The notes: a model not told the origin generated them from the sequence alone. Numbered from the stretch's first letter, positions 37,485 through 49,724 are shown. The stretch: DNA of 58,903 nt from Chiloscyllium plagiosum (GCF_004010195.1 NC_057719.1:34089981-34148883); one strand, 5' to 3'. Made by a program: numbers and translations.

Positions 37485-38122
37485 GTTGAAAAGTGTGACA
37501 CTGGAAAAGTCCAGCAGGTCAGGCAGCATCCAAGGAGCTGGACAGTCAACGTTTCTGGCATAAGCCCTATATCAGGAATGTGATGAGGGGAAGGAGCTGA
37601 GAGATAAAGAAAAATAGGGTGGGGTGGGGGTGGGGCTAGAGGGAAGATAACTGGGAAGGCGAGAGGTAGCTACACTTGGGGGTTGACCCGACTACTGGAG
37701 GAAGAACCACTCATTTTCTGCCTTGGGACCCTCAAACCACACAGGATTAATGTCGATTTCACTAGTTTCCAAATCTCCCCTCCCTCCACCTCATCCCAGA
37801 TCCAACCCTCCAACTCAGCACCAGCCTCTTGAACTGTCCTACCTGTCCATCTTCCTTCCCACCTATCCGCTCCACCCTCTGCTCCAACCTATTACCATCA
37901 TCCCTCCACCTGCATCTACCTATTGCCTTCTCAGCTACCTTCCCCCAACCCCAACCCCACTCTCTTATATATTTCTCAGCCCACTTCCCCACACCTGATG
38001 AAGGGCTTTTGCCCGAAACATCGACTCTCCTGCTCCTCGGATGCTGCCTGACCTGCTGTGCTTCTCCAGCACCCCACCTTTTGACTTTGACTCTCCAGCA
38101 TCTGCAGTCCTCACTTTCTCCC
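37485..38122 (+). mobile_element. Penelope-like element 3' end (family A): inverted terminus, GIY-YIG C-terminus, pseudo-LTR; 14-bp TSD
   Basis: LEEEPLIFCLGTLKPHRINVDF at ~37695-37760; TSD tttctcatcaagta at 37471-37484 and 38123-38136. Confidence 0.85.
37991..38027 (+). ncRNA. Minimal hammerhead ribozyme-like motif (family A)
   Basis: CTGATGA-A-GGGC tttt GCCC-GAAAC-ATC; stem I weak, and GTC has become ATC. Confidence 0.55.
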
Positions 38123-39307
38123 TTTCTCATCAAGTAATCTGTTACTAAATATTGAGTGGTATTCATATAACTAAATTTAGTCTAAGAATGGCAAAATACT
38201 GATTTTCCTTTTGTGTTGAATTTTTGAATACTATGTCTAGAATCTAACTCACACAAAGCAACAGATTTATTGACACATGCACTTAAAGGCAACATCAATG
38301 AATGAAAGTAAGGTATACCTTTACACTGTAAGTGGTACATTATTACAATTATAGTTAATTGCATGTTGTAATGACCTTCTTTCTCTTGTACTTGACATGC
38401 ATACATTAAAATCATTTGGCAGACATTTAAAGAAGTATTATTCTGCATCATAAGACTGCAAAAGTCCTCAATTCTTTTTATAGAAGTCACTAATGGATGT
38501 TTTATGATCAGTTAACTACTCAATCTATTATGAATTCATTTGGACTAGCAAAAGGCTATGACAGAAAAGCACTTAAGGGTTCTTTAGATTTGTCGCAGTA
38601 ATCTTATCAAAAGTAGCCAGCAATTAACATTTGGAATCCTTGCTTAGAGTCACAGAGGTAAAAGTAAACAATCTGCTGATTAAACATTTTAATTTATGCA
38701 GCAATCTTGAATTAAACATTCAGCAACTGGCGATTTATTTAGTGGCTTCCAATTGCTGTGACTCTTGTTATAATTGTGTGATTGATTCATTTTTATTATT
38801 CAATCTCTGCCATTATAAATGGGATTTTACTTTCATGCTGATCTTTATTGTAACATTTATCAGTCCATGCAATTAGTTTTGCACCCACCCATGTTATTAA
38901 CATGACTTGAAGCAAAATTGCAGAAACTGGCTGCAAAATTCAGTTTTCTAGCCATTAGTATCACTGCCAAGGGAATGATAGTAAAAGAAAAGTGTAAGGA
39001 ATTGGGGCCACTCCAATTCAGTTCTGATGAGGCCTGTACCCAATGTCATATTGTGCAGAGAAGGCAGAACACAATGCTATTCAGCATCTAATGCTGATTT
39101 AGACCCCACCTGCCAATTTTGGGCATGGCTACTCCTATTCACACTCTCTTTTAAGCATATACAACATGGTTAAACATGTGTAACCTCCTGTTAGTCCCGG
39201 CAAAAGGCATTCCCATCTAAATTCCAGATGAGGTATATTTGCACTCTCTACTATAGAATTCGAAGAGACACTGGGTTGATACAGGAGTTATGTGAAATTG
39301 TTCATCA

Positions 39308-39585
39308 TAGATTCCCTACAGCATGCAAACAGACCATTCAGCCTACTGAGTCTGCACTGACCCCCCGAAGAGCATCCCACGCAGACCCACTCCCAACCCT
39401 ATACCTGCAACCCTGCATTTCCCATGGCTAATCCACCTAGCCTGCACATCCCTGGACACTGAGAGGAAACCCAAGCAGAATGGGGAGAATGTGCAAACTC
39501 TACACAGGTAGTTATCGGAGGCTGGAATTGAACCCAGATACTTGTGCCTATGAGGCAGCAGTGCTAACAACTGAGCCACTGTGCT
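39308..39585 (-). mobile_element. HE1-type V-SINE
   Basis: ggggagaatgtgcaaactc, ggaattgaaccc, gaggcagcagtgctaac. Confidence 0.88.
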
Positions 39586-39899
39586 ATGATGGCACTGGAT
39601 GGTTGAAAGAAGTTGTGTTCTTTTGAAACATCATACTTGCTGTTCCCTGCCATGCAGCTGGAGTTTGGCTGCTGCCTCAAATGGAGCTGAGGAATAAAGA
39701 AAGCAGCAGAGCTCCCATATCTACAGTATGAGTATGGTGTTTGGGAGCATATCATCAAACCCCTCCTCCCCACAGACCCTGGATGCTTTAAACCTTTCCA
39801 ACATAGCATTCCTCTGTTAGAGACAGTCACAGCATCCTGTTGACTACAATCTTGATTTTTTTTTAAATGCCACAAACTGCACAATTCCACTTGCTGGCT

Positions 39900-40470
39900 C
39901 ATGGAAAGTTCTCATCTGAGTCCTGTGCAGCAGAACTTGACTGTGACTGTGCCTTCTGGAGAACAATTGCTATCCTTTCTCCTGGCCTTACTATAGACCT
40001 CTTATGGCCCTTAACTCATCACATGCTACTCTCAGTACTAGAATCTAAAGTATGTCCAATGCCAGTATCTGAGCTGATGTGTGAGGTGAAACTCTAGTGC
40101 TGTTCCCTCTGAGATTTTGCCCTTTCTCTGGCTCTCCAGCTTGAGGCATCATCAACTACCTAGCTGCAGTTCTTGATGATCTGAAATCATAAATACAAAG
40201 AGGACACATCAGGTGAAGGTAAAAAATGTGATGGAAAGGAAGACATACAAGGTTACACCATCTGCAGCTTATACTTCATACCAGATTTCTAAATGAAGAT
40301 GAAGTGGAATTGCATAAACAGCATAAGACAGGAACATACCATCATCCCAGATGGCTTCATTGGCTCCACTCGCAAGGGCCTCTGTGTTAGCTGCACCAAT
40401 AATGCTGAGCAAGGTGGTGAGGACAGCTGCTATTACCAAATGGTTCTTTGTTACTTCCACTTGTTATTGG
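39900..40470 (-). mobile_element. PIF/Harbinger Myb/SANT-like gene remnant with retained splice sites
   Basis: Exon-like 40340-40459 (VLTTLLSIIGAANTEALASGANEAIWDD), GT-AG intron 40181-40339; the next exon hits a stop after DHQELQLGS. Confidence 0.5.
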
Positions 40471-40874
40471 AAAGAAAGATGAAAAAATATCATTGCTATA
40501 ATGCCCGGCTTGAAAACATTATAGTTCAAACCACTGCAGTTCACATAGTAATGTCATTGAATTGTCTTGTAAGATGTAGGGTGTCATACTCTCAGCAAGA
40601 GATCTGGCTGGAGACAAAGATCTTCTTTAAAAATAGTCATTATTTACATGCTCATAACCATACACAGGATTTCTAAGAACAATATCAGAGCTACTGTTCC
40701 CCTTTCAGATTTTCCACGTTTATTTTGCTCTGACATCATTAGAAGAGAGTTCCTTACACAGCACTCATTAGCTATTGCTGATTAATATTAGAGGTAACTA
40801 TTTATTCGACGTATAGGTTCCAGGATGTGGAAGCTGTGAGGTGGCAGTGTGAAGTGTGCAGCACTGATAGTGTA

Positions 40875-41509
40875 CAGATAGCTGTCCTATAACACGGTAG
40901 TTGCATTCCTGTGTGACATTGTGTTATCGAAAATTGTGCAATCTAAATGAAGGAGAGTATGGGAAAAACAGGGTTGTGGTGAAGCACCAGACATACCAGT
41001 AAAAATCAAAACAAAGATAGCAGTTAGCCTAACACAAAAAATAGCACAGTCTTAGTAAAGATTAAATCAATTATTTTAATGAAATAATACAGTAAATGTA
41101 ACACTTTAACACTAAAATCACTGACTATAGCACTGTACCTTCCATGAAGCTCTTCACCAGAAAGTGTATGAGCCAACTGACCATGTGATGCTGAGGCAGA
41201 ATGTCCAGTCCTCATCACGATTCTCCCTGTTTGAAATATAGTTCCTTCTAAATGTAGACAACATTCCCAATTTCGAACTAAGTTTCAAGGCTTGCAGAGC
41301 TGATTGCATTCCTGCTTTAGCTGAACACACTGAATTTCCATTTTGCAGAGAGAGGATCCTCAGGCTGGGCTTTACCGTACAGCTGGGGCTGGGGATGGAA
41401 TCGCGTAACAGCGAACGGGAGTTTGCTTTATTAAAAAAGGTTCACAATTCACAAATCGCATTACAACCAAATCGCGTTTAATAAACACACTTTACAGGAG
41501 AACTACCTG
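40875..41509. mobile_element. Tigger/pogo-type non-autonomous DNA transposon
   Basis: TIRs cagatagctgtcctataa and ttacaggagaactacctg (reverse complement caggtagttctcctgtaa), each flanked by TA. Confidence 0.75.
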
Positions 41510-41524
41510 TATGAGATTCTGTAT

Positions 41525-42150
41525 AATCTTATAGAGGTTTATAAAATCATGAGGGGTGTAGATAAGGTGAATAGTGAAGGTCTTTTCCCAAGGTTAGGGA
41601 GTCCCAAACTAGAGGGCAAAGGTTCAAGGTGGGAGGTGAAAGATTTAAGAGGGACCAGAGGAGTAACTTTTTCATGCAATGTGTGGTGCATATAAAGAAC
41701 AAACTGCCAGAGGAAGTGGTAGAGGCGAGTACAATTACAAAATCTAGGCAGCTACGTGGATAGGAAATGTTTAGAGGGTCAAACGCAGGCAAATGGGACT
41801 AGGTCGGTTTAGGAAACCTGGTTGACATGGACGAGTTGGGCCGAAGGGTCTGTTTCTGTACTGTATGACTCTAAGACTCCATGTTGACATGTGAGTGATG
41901 GGGATGTGGGGCACTGAGCTATATATAAAGTGCAGTACTGGTTGCCACACTAGAGGAAGGATTTCATTGGAGGGAGTGCAGAGGAGATTCACCAAGATGT
42001 TGCCTAGGTTGGAGTATTTTAACTATGAAGAGAGACTGGATAAGATTTACTTATGGCAGAGAATGCTAAGGTGGACCTGACTGATTTCTATAAGATTATG
42101 TGGGGCATGGACAGGGTGGATAGGAAGCAACTGTTCCCTTAGCTGAAGTG
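41525..42150 (+). mobile_element. Two CR1 3' fragments
   Basis: gaggtttataaaatcatgagggg...ctgtatgactct to ~41878; LEGVQRRFTKMLP..YEERLDK at ~41965-42150. Confidence 0.85.
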
Positions 42151-42156
42151 TCTCTT

Positions 42157-42840
42157 TTTTATTCACTCATGAAACATGGACGTCACCGGCTGGCCAGCAT
42201 TCATTACCCTTGAGCCCCTATTTGCCCATGTGAAGGTGATGGTGAACCGCCTTCTTGAACTGCTGCAATTCATATGCTACAGGTTGACCCATAATGCACT
42301 TAAGGAAGGAATTCCAGGATTTTAACTCAATGATAGTGAAGGAAAAGCAAATATTTCCAAGTCAGGATGGTGAGTGGAGGGGAACTTGCAATCGTGGGTG
42401 TTCCCGTGTATCTACTGCCCATATCCTTGTAGACAGAAGTGGTAATGGGTTTGGAGGGTGCTGTCCGAGGATCTTTGGTGAATTTCTGCAGTGTATCTTA
42501 TGATAATACACACTGCTGCTCCATGCATCAGTGGTGGAGAGAGTGGATGTGTGTGGATGTGGTGCCAATCAAGTGGGCTGCTTTATCCTGGACGGTGTCA
42601 AGCTTCTTGAGTGTTGTTGGAGCTGCACCCATCCAGGTAAGTAGGGAGTATTCCAACACAATCCTGACTTGTGCCTTGCAGAGAGTGTACAGACTTTGGG
42701 AGTCAGGAGGTGAATTATTCACAAAAGTATTCCTAGCCTCTGATCTACTCTTGTAGCTACTTTGTTTACATGGTGAGTCCAATTAATTTTCTGGTCAACA
42801 GTAACCCCCAGAATGTTCATAGTGGGGTATTCATTGATGA
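42157..42840 (-). mobile_element. L2/CR1-group LINE 3' end
   Basis: Minus ORF PQSLYTL.KAQVR..LEYS.L.WMGAAPTTLKKLDTVQDKAAHLI; tail present. Confidence 0.85.
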
Positions 42841-43092
42841 AAAATATCAGCTGATACCCACATTAAGGTGTCATATAAGTATTGCTCATAAAACCCAGTG
42901 GTGTGTGTTTTCTGTAAAATTTGAAGTCTGCAATGTGAATGAAAAATAATCTATTGATAACTGAATTGTAATCCCAATGAACAGAGATCACTTTAACTTC
43001 TGTACTGGAGTTTAAGCAGCAGTTAACGCTAAAAATTCAAAATCTCTAATGGAAACTTTACTTAACTGAGTGTGTAACATCTAATATTCATT

Positions 43093-43648
43093 TGGAAGCA
43101 CTAGCTTTCAGAGCGCTGCTCCTTCATCAGGTGGTTGTGGAGTAGACACAGAATTTGTAGCAAAAGTTTGCAGTGTGATGCAACTGAAATTATATATTGA
43201 AAATTACCCAGATTGTTTGTTAAGTCTCTCATCTTTTAGAATGACCATGATGGTTTCAGTTCTTTCATATGTAAAAAAATGTTACATTCTCAAGTGAACT
43301 TTAACAATTGGTGCTATGTCGGCCCAGATAATGTATTGAAGGTGTGAGGTGCCCTGTGTGAGGCTGTCTCTGTCAGTTCAGACAGATTCTAATCTAAAAA
43401 AGGATTAACAGAATCTTACATGGGTTCATGCAGTTTTTGAGCAAAATAAAATGTAATTCTGCAAGTACATAAGTCTGTGGGGTGATTTTGTACTGGAAAG
43501 AATTACATTTTATTTTTAAAAGCATTGAGGTTTACTCCCAAGCCTGCAAGTACAAATTCACCCCACACACATAAGTCTGTGGGGTGATTTTGTACTGGAA
43601 AGAATTACATTTTATTTTTAAAAGCATTGAGGTTTACTCCCAAGCCTG
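43093..43648 (-). mobile_element. Penelope-like 3' UTR/pseudo-LTR (family B) with fold-back end
   Basis: Homologous to 47600-47754; ends in an inverted, duplicated gaattacattttattt segment. Confidence 0.8.
43099..43133 (-). ncRNA. Minimal hammerhead ribozyme motif (family B)
   Basis: Reverse complement: CAC-CTGATGA-A-GGAGC agc GCTCT-GAAA-GC-TA-GTG; stem I cac/gtg; palindromic AGCT stem III. Confidence 0.7.
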
Positions 43649-44177
43649 TCAGCAGTATATAATAGTGGTCTTCAATAACATTTATGGATAAATTGTGACA
43701 TTTAAATATAAATTTGATGTTAATTTTTGTACAACCTAATGGAAAGAATTGGATTGTCAGCTTCCAAAGAAAGGCCACTTTAAGTGGATGATTGCTTTTC
43801 AACATTTCATTTATAAATAATTAAACCTTGCAAGAGTTTAACTTCTATGTAAATCTATGACTCTTATTTAACTTATTAGGGAACTAGAAATAACATTTCT
43901 CATTAAGTAATCAATTGAGGAAGGAATTTGATGTTAAAACATATCAGGAAGTACATTTTAAATTATGATAATGTAAGTTATTGCAGGGAGTTCCTCTCAC
44001 AGGCTCAAATCAATAACAATTTCAGTGTTTCGCAGCTTCGTTACTTTTTTTGAAAGCTGCCTGTAATGATAATTAAAAATAGGTAGTAAGTGAAATAAAT
44101 GCTATTATAAGGAGGAAAAATTGATATTGTCACAAATGAAAAATGAAATATGCCATTACCTTATACCGTATCATTCC

Positions 44178-44714
44178 TCTGCATTCAATTCTGGTCTCCT
44201 TGCTATAGAAACGATGTTGTGAAACTTGAAAGGGTTCCAAAAAGACTGACAAGGATGTTGCCAGGGTTGCAGTGTTTAAGCTATAGGGAGAGGCTGAATA
44301 AACTGGGATTACTTTCCCTGAGATGTCGGAGGCTAAAGCGTGACATTATAGATGTTTATGAAATCATGAGAAGCATGGATAAGGTGAATTATCAAGGTCT
44401 TTTAGGGGTGTCCAAAACTAGAGGGCATAGGTTTAAGGTGAGAGGGAAAGATTTAAAAGGGACCTAAGGGATAACGTTTTCACACAGAGGATGATGCATC
44501 CATTGGAATGAGCTGCCAAAGGAAGTGGTGGAGGCTGGGTACAATTACAATATTTAAAAGGCATCTGGATGGGTACATGAATAAGAGGGTTTAGAACAAT
44601 ATGGACCAAATGCTGGCAAATGGGACTAGATTTATTTAGGATATCTGATCAGCATGGACGAGTTAGACTGAAGGGTCTGTTTCTGTGCTGTGCATCTGTA
44701 TGACTCTGACTCTG
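44178..44714 (+). mobile_element. CR1 LINE 3' fragment
   Basis: CIQFWSPCYRNDVVKLERV..RLTRMLPGL..YRERLNKLGL. Confidence 0.92.
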
Positions 44715-45383
44715 AATAGAAAGAAAGTGATTTTGCATTTGTTTTAGCATAGAGGTCTTGTATGACCTGGAGCAAACATTGCCTCAGCAACTAAATTATA
44801 TAACCAGATTCTACCATTTAAGTACTCATAAGGCTGCCACCCTTCAACGGGTACTATTCCTTTATCAGAATAGGAGTGTTACAGTGGGCAATGCACACAT
44901 TGAGAACATCGCAGCAAGTGGATAACCAGATTCTAGTCACCTGAGATCATAGCCCTGCCAGATGAGCAGGACTAGACTTGGCCCTCATGATATTTAATTC
45001 CAGCTCAAAATTCATTCCTCTATACCGTTCCTTTGAGAAATGTGTTTGCACAGTCTGTAAATCCGGATGGGCATGGGGCCAAAGACAAAAGGCTTTGTAA
45101 ATTGCACAAATAAATGATCAACTAAATTAACTCCCTGCAACCCAACAGCACCAACAGAAGATGAAACACAGCTTAAAGGCTATAAATTGGCCAATTTCAT
45201 GCTGCTTCAGTTTGGGAGAGTTGGTTTTTCAAGCTAGAGTTGGAACAGATTGGTTTGATGGCACACAGGGCATCTAGTTCCACATCTGCTTGTGCTGCAC
45301 TCATACCAAGGAGTGCTCCATTCTGAAACTGAGTGCCATCAAATAAAATCATACACTTCCTGAGTACAGCAAAACTAACTTGT

Positions 45384-47324
45384 TTAAAGGTACAATACAC
45401 CCATATCTTCATAACACCTCCCCCATAAGAAAAAATGAGCCATCATAATGAAAAGATGGCTTCATTTTTTTTCTCTATTCTTCAAACATATTACCCTAAG
45501 CTACAGATAACTTTAATCTAAGTTCACCTCTACTTCTTCCTATATAACTGTACGTATGTAGATAATATTAAATAAAGATAACTCTCATCTAAACTTGATC
45601 AGTTAAATCCACAATAACACATCTGCGATTACGTTCTTACGACTTACAATATGCATGATTTTGAAATTGAAAGTCTGTAACATAAGACTCCAATGAAATA
45701 GTCTCATATTTTGTATTTAAAGCATTCTAAGAATGTAAGCAGATTGTGATCCTTGTACACAACCGTCTCCAACACATTGTTCGTGACATACACATTAAAA
45801 TGTTGTAAGCCGGTACCAAACTCAATGGCTTTTTTTGATTGTGGAGTATTTCCCCTGGTGGATGTTGAGTTTCTTTGAAAAGTTACCAACTGGCAGTTCA
45901 ATCCCATCCTCATCTCCCTGTAGGAGTACAGCTCCAACTCCTATGTCACTTGCTTCGATGGTGACTTTAAAAAGTTTTAAAAAGTTTGGTGCAGCTAAAA
46001 CTGGTTTGGTGGTTAATATTGATTTCAAATGGTCGATGGACTCCTGGCATGGTTCTGTACACTGAACCTTTGTGTTCTTCTTCAGCAAATTGATTAACGA
46101 TGCCACTACACTGCTGAAGTTTGGAACAAACTTCCAATAGAATCGTGACTTTAAAAAGTTTTAAAAAGTTTGGTGCAGCTAAAACTGGTTTGGTGGTTAA
46201 TATTGATTTCAAATGGTCGATGGACTCCTGGCATGGTTCTGTCCACTGAAACTTTGTGTTCTTCTTCTGCAAATTGATTAACGATGCCACTACACTGCTG
46301 AAGTTTGGAACAAACTTCCAATAGAATCTGTTGAGTCCTAAGAATTGAAGCACCTCTTTCTTCGAGGTTGGTCATGGAAATTCTTCGATGGCCTTCGTCT
46401 TTGTGCTCAGTGGGGTCAACCTTTCATGACCGATGTTATGTCCCAAGAACATCACCTCTGCTTTCCCGAATTCCATTTTATTTAAGTTTATTACCAGTTT
46501 TGCTTCTCATAATCATTCAAAAAGCTCTGCCAACGGTACCATGTGATCTTTCCAGGAGTTACTATAGATCACCACATCGTCCAAATAGACCGCACAGTAT
46601 GCTAACCCAGCCACAACTCTGTTCATGAGACTTTGGAAGTTGACAGATGTGTTTTTCATTCCAAAGGACATCACTTTAAACTGATATGGCCCATCTGGGG
46701 TTACAAACACAGAAATTTCTTTTGCTGTCTCTGATAAAGATACCTGCCAGTAACCACACATTAAGTCGAACTTGGTGATGTGACTAGTTTGTCTGACTTT
46801 CTCGATATAGCCCTCCAATCTAGGAATTGGATATAAACCAGATTTTGTAACGGGGTTGACCTTCCAATAATCCACGCATAATCGTTGAGTCCCGTCCGGT
46901 TTGGGAACTAGGATGATCGGTGAACTCCACTCGCTCTGGCTCGGTTCGATGATGTTCTCGTCGAGCATGGCCTCCACCTCCATCTGGCTGTGAAAGGATT
47001 AAGCAGATAGGGGTGCTGTTTTATCAGAGCAGTATTCCCTACGTCTACTTCATGTACAACAGCATTAGTCCTACCCATCTGATTTTCACATGTCCTTATA
47101 CTGCAGTAACAAATCTTTCAACTGTGTTCTGTGCTCCTGACGCAGATAGCTTACTAACCTATCCCACTCCTCAAGGACTTCTTCATTTTTAATCAGGCAA
47201 CCCAGCTAATCTAGCTTTCAACCAAGAGTTACATTGTTACCTTATTGAGAATACTTGGTGCTGTCAGGTAGTTCTGCGAGCTTTTAATTCTCTTAAAGGT
47301 ACAGTACACCCACATCATCAAAAC
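45384..47324 (-). mobile_element. Internally deleted second copy of the Gmr1-like element (LTR start, RT, RNase H, PPT, LTR stub)
   Basis: Minus ORFs SEWSSPIILVPKPDGTQRLCVDY..VYLDD and EASDIGVGAVLL; gggggagg PPT then TGTTATGAAG at 45415; first ~130 bp of an LTR at 47196-47324. Confidence 0.88.
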
Positions 47325-47754
47325 ACATGTCTTTCAATATACCATTACCACCAAATAAAGGGAACGACTCTGGGTAAATGAAGTGTGCAAGTAAGTAAGT
47401 CTGGAGCAGGACCAGACACATTTAAAAATGAGGCATCAAACTGGAGAAGATAATGCACAAGACTGTTTGCACATCAAACTGGAGAAGCAGTATGTGATAG
47501 ACAGAACTAAGCAAGCCCTCAACCAATGGGTAAGGTCAAATCATTGCAGTGCTGCCATATCCAGAGTTAAAAATTACACAACACCAGGTTATAGTCCAAT
47601 ACATTTAATTGGAAGCACACTAGCTTTTGGAGCATCGCTCCTTCATCAGGTGATAGTGGAGGGCTCAGTCCTAACACACAGAATTTATAGCAAAAATTTA
47701 CAGTGTGATGTAACTGAAATTATTCATTGAAAAATTGATTGTCTGTTAAGTCTT

Positions 47755-48909
47755 TGCACCCCAATATGCCAACATTTTTATGCACAGGTTCGAACAAGAC
47801 TTCTTCTCTATGCAGGATCTCCAACTGATATTGTACACCAGATACATTGACAACATTTTCTTCCTCTGGACCCATGGTAAGGAGTCACTGATAAAACTAC
47901 ACAGCGACATCAACAAGTTCCATCCCACCATCAAACTCATCATGGACTACTCTCCACTGTCTGTCTCATTCTTGGACACATGCATCTCCATCAAGGATGG
48001 ACACCACAGCACCACACTCTACCGCAAACGCACAGACAACCTCACAATGCTACACTTCTCCAGCTTCCACCCAAAACATATTAAAACAGCCATCCCCTAT
48101 GGACAAGCCCTACGCATACACAGGATCTGCTCAGATGAGGCGGAATGTGAAGGACACCTGGAAGTACTCAGGGATGCCCTCACAAGAATGGGGTATGGTG
48201 CCCAACTCATTGACCACCAGTTCTGATGTACCACAGCAAGGAGACAGACCTCCTCAGGAGACAGACACGTGCTGCAACCGACAGGGTATCCTTCGTTGTT
48301 CAGTGTTTCCCAGGAGCTGAAAAACTACGCCATGTTCTTCATGACCTGCAACACATTATCAATGAGGATGAGCACCTCACCAAGACCTTCCACACATCTC
48401 CACTATTTGCCTTTAAACAACCACCAAACCTCAAACAGATCATTGTTCGTAGCAAGCTGCCCGGCTCTCAGGACAACTCCATACAACCCTGTCACGGCAG
48501 GCGCTGTAAGACGTATCAGAATGTGGACATAAATAACACCATTACCCGTGGGGACACTTCCCACCTTGTACATTGCAGGTACTCATGTGACTCAGCCAAC
48601 GTTTTCTATCTTATACGTTGCAGGCAGGGATGCCCTGAAGCATGGTACATTGGGGAAACTGAGCAAAGGTTACGACAACGGATGAATGGGCACCGCACAA
48701 CAATCAACAGACAGGAGAGTTCCCTCCCAGTTGGGGAACACTTCAGTGGTCTAGGATATTCGACCTTGGACCTTCGGGTGACCATCCTCCAAGGCGGACT
48801 TCCGGACAGGCAGCAGCGAAACGTGGCCGAGCAGAAGCTGATAGCTAAGTGCAGTACCCATAGGATGGGCCTCAACCGGGACCTTGGGTTCATGTCACAT
48901 TACAGGTGA
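47755..48909 (+). pseudogene. PLE reverse transcriptase C-terminus and GIY-YIG endonuclease
   Basis: APQYANIFM, RYIDNIF (YIDD>YIDN), FLD, LYRK.TD, SFHP; NVFYLIRC..C...YIGET.QRL.QRMNGH; stop and frameshift at ~48226. Confidence 0.93.
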
Positions 48910-48924
48910 CCACCATTGCATTAG

Positions 48925-49046
48925 ACACATACACAGACACTCATATATATATATATATATCTTATACACACACACACACATCCACAGACGCACTCACAGA
49001 CACCCACGCACACCCTTACAGACACACACACCCCCACACTCACACA
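48925..49046. repeat. (CA)n/(TA)n degenerate microsatellite in the PLE 3' UTR
   Basis: Direct inspection. Confidence 0.9.
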
Positions 49047-49246
49047 TGCTTGTTAACAGCTAACCTGAGAATGCAACTTTTTAAAAAAAGGTTTTGTGAT
49101 TTACACATGAAAGAAGTGAAACTATCATAGTATTCAAACAGATGAAAGACTTAACAGACAATCAATTTTTCAATGTATAATTTCAATTACATCACACTTA
49201 AATGTTTGCTATGAATTCTGTCTGTTAGGACTGAGCCCTCCACTAT

Positions 49247-49281
49247 CACCTGATGAAGGAGTGATGCTCTGAAAGCTAGTG
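49247..49281 (+). ncRNA. Minimal hammerhead ribozyme motif in the PLE pseudo-LTR (family B)
   Basis: CAC-CTGATGA-A-GGAGT gat GCTCT-GAAA-GC-TA-GTG, in sense to the RT ORF. Confidence 0.7.
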
Positions 49282-49724
49282 TGCTTCCAATTAAATGTAT
49301 TGGACTATAACCTGGTGTTGTGTGATTTTTAACTTTGTACACCCCAGTCCAACACCAGCATCTCCTAATCATGAGTGCCATATCCAGTCATGTAGAATTG
49401 TGATCAATCAAACATCTAACCTTGAGACTCGAGTTCACTAATAACTCTATCCTCTATGACAAGGACTCTCAGAGCATCAGTACAAAAGACAAGGCAGAAT
49501 CCTTTGCAGCCATAATCTGATAGAAATTCCAAGTGGATTATCCATCACAATCTGTTGAAAGGTCCAGCATCACAGATACTAATCTTTTGCCAATTCCATT
49601 CACTCCACGTTGTATGAGAAATCTGCTGAAGGCACTGGATGCAACAAAAGTCATGAGCCTTAACAACATCTTACTAGTATGCAATCTTTATATCCTTAGG
49701 TTACACACTATTAAACTCTAACAG

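Larger units (their letters stand above)
47565..49375 (+). mobile_element. Penelope-like retroelement, 5'-truncated, inverted pseudo-LTRs, 12-bp TSD
   Basis: 47565-47754 is the reverse complement of ~49145-49334; TSD tgccatatccag at 47553-47564 and 49376-49387. Confidence 0.93.
47350..49675 (+). mobile_element. Old L2/CR1-group LINE fragment split by the Penelope insertion
   Basis: 47350-47564 and 49376-49675 join as continuous LINE ORF2-like sequence (..KDKAE.FA.I..; ..LLKALDATK.M). Confidence 0.6.

Noticed and set aside
41140..41226. Apparent minus-strand exon (cag/GGAG...GAAG/gtacag)
   Set aside because: It lies inside the TA-flanked, TIR-bounded Tigger-type element 40875-41509 and does not join neighbouring candidates in an open frame
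47565..49375. DNA transposon with long TIRs
   Set aside because: The internal ORF is RT plus GIY-YIG; inverted termini are a typical Penelope truncation structure
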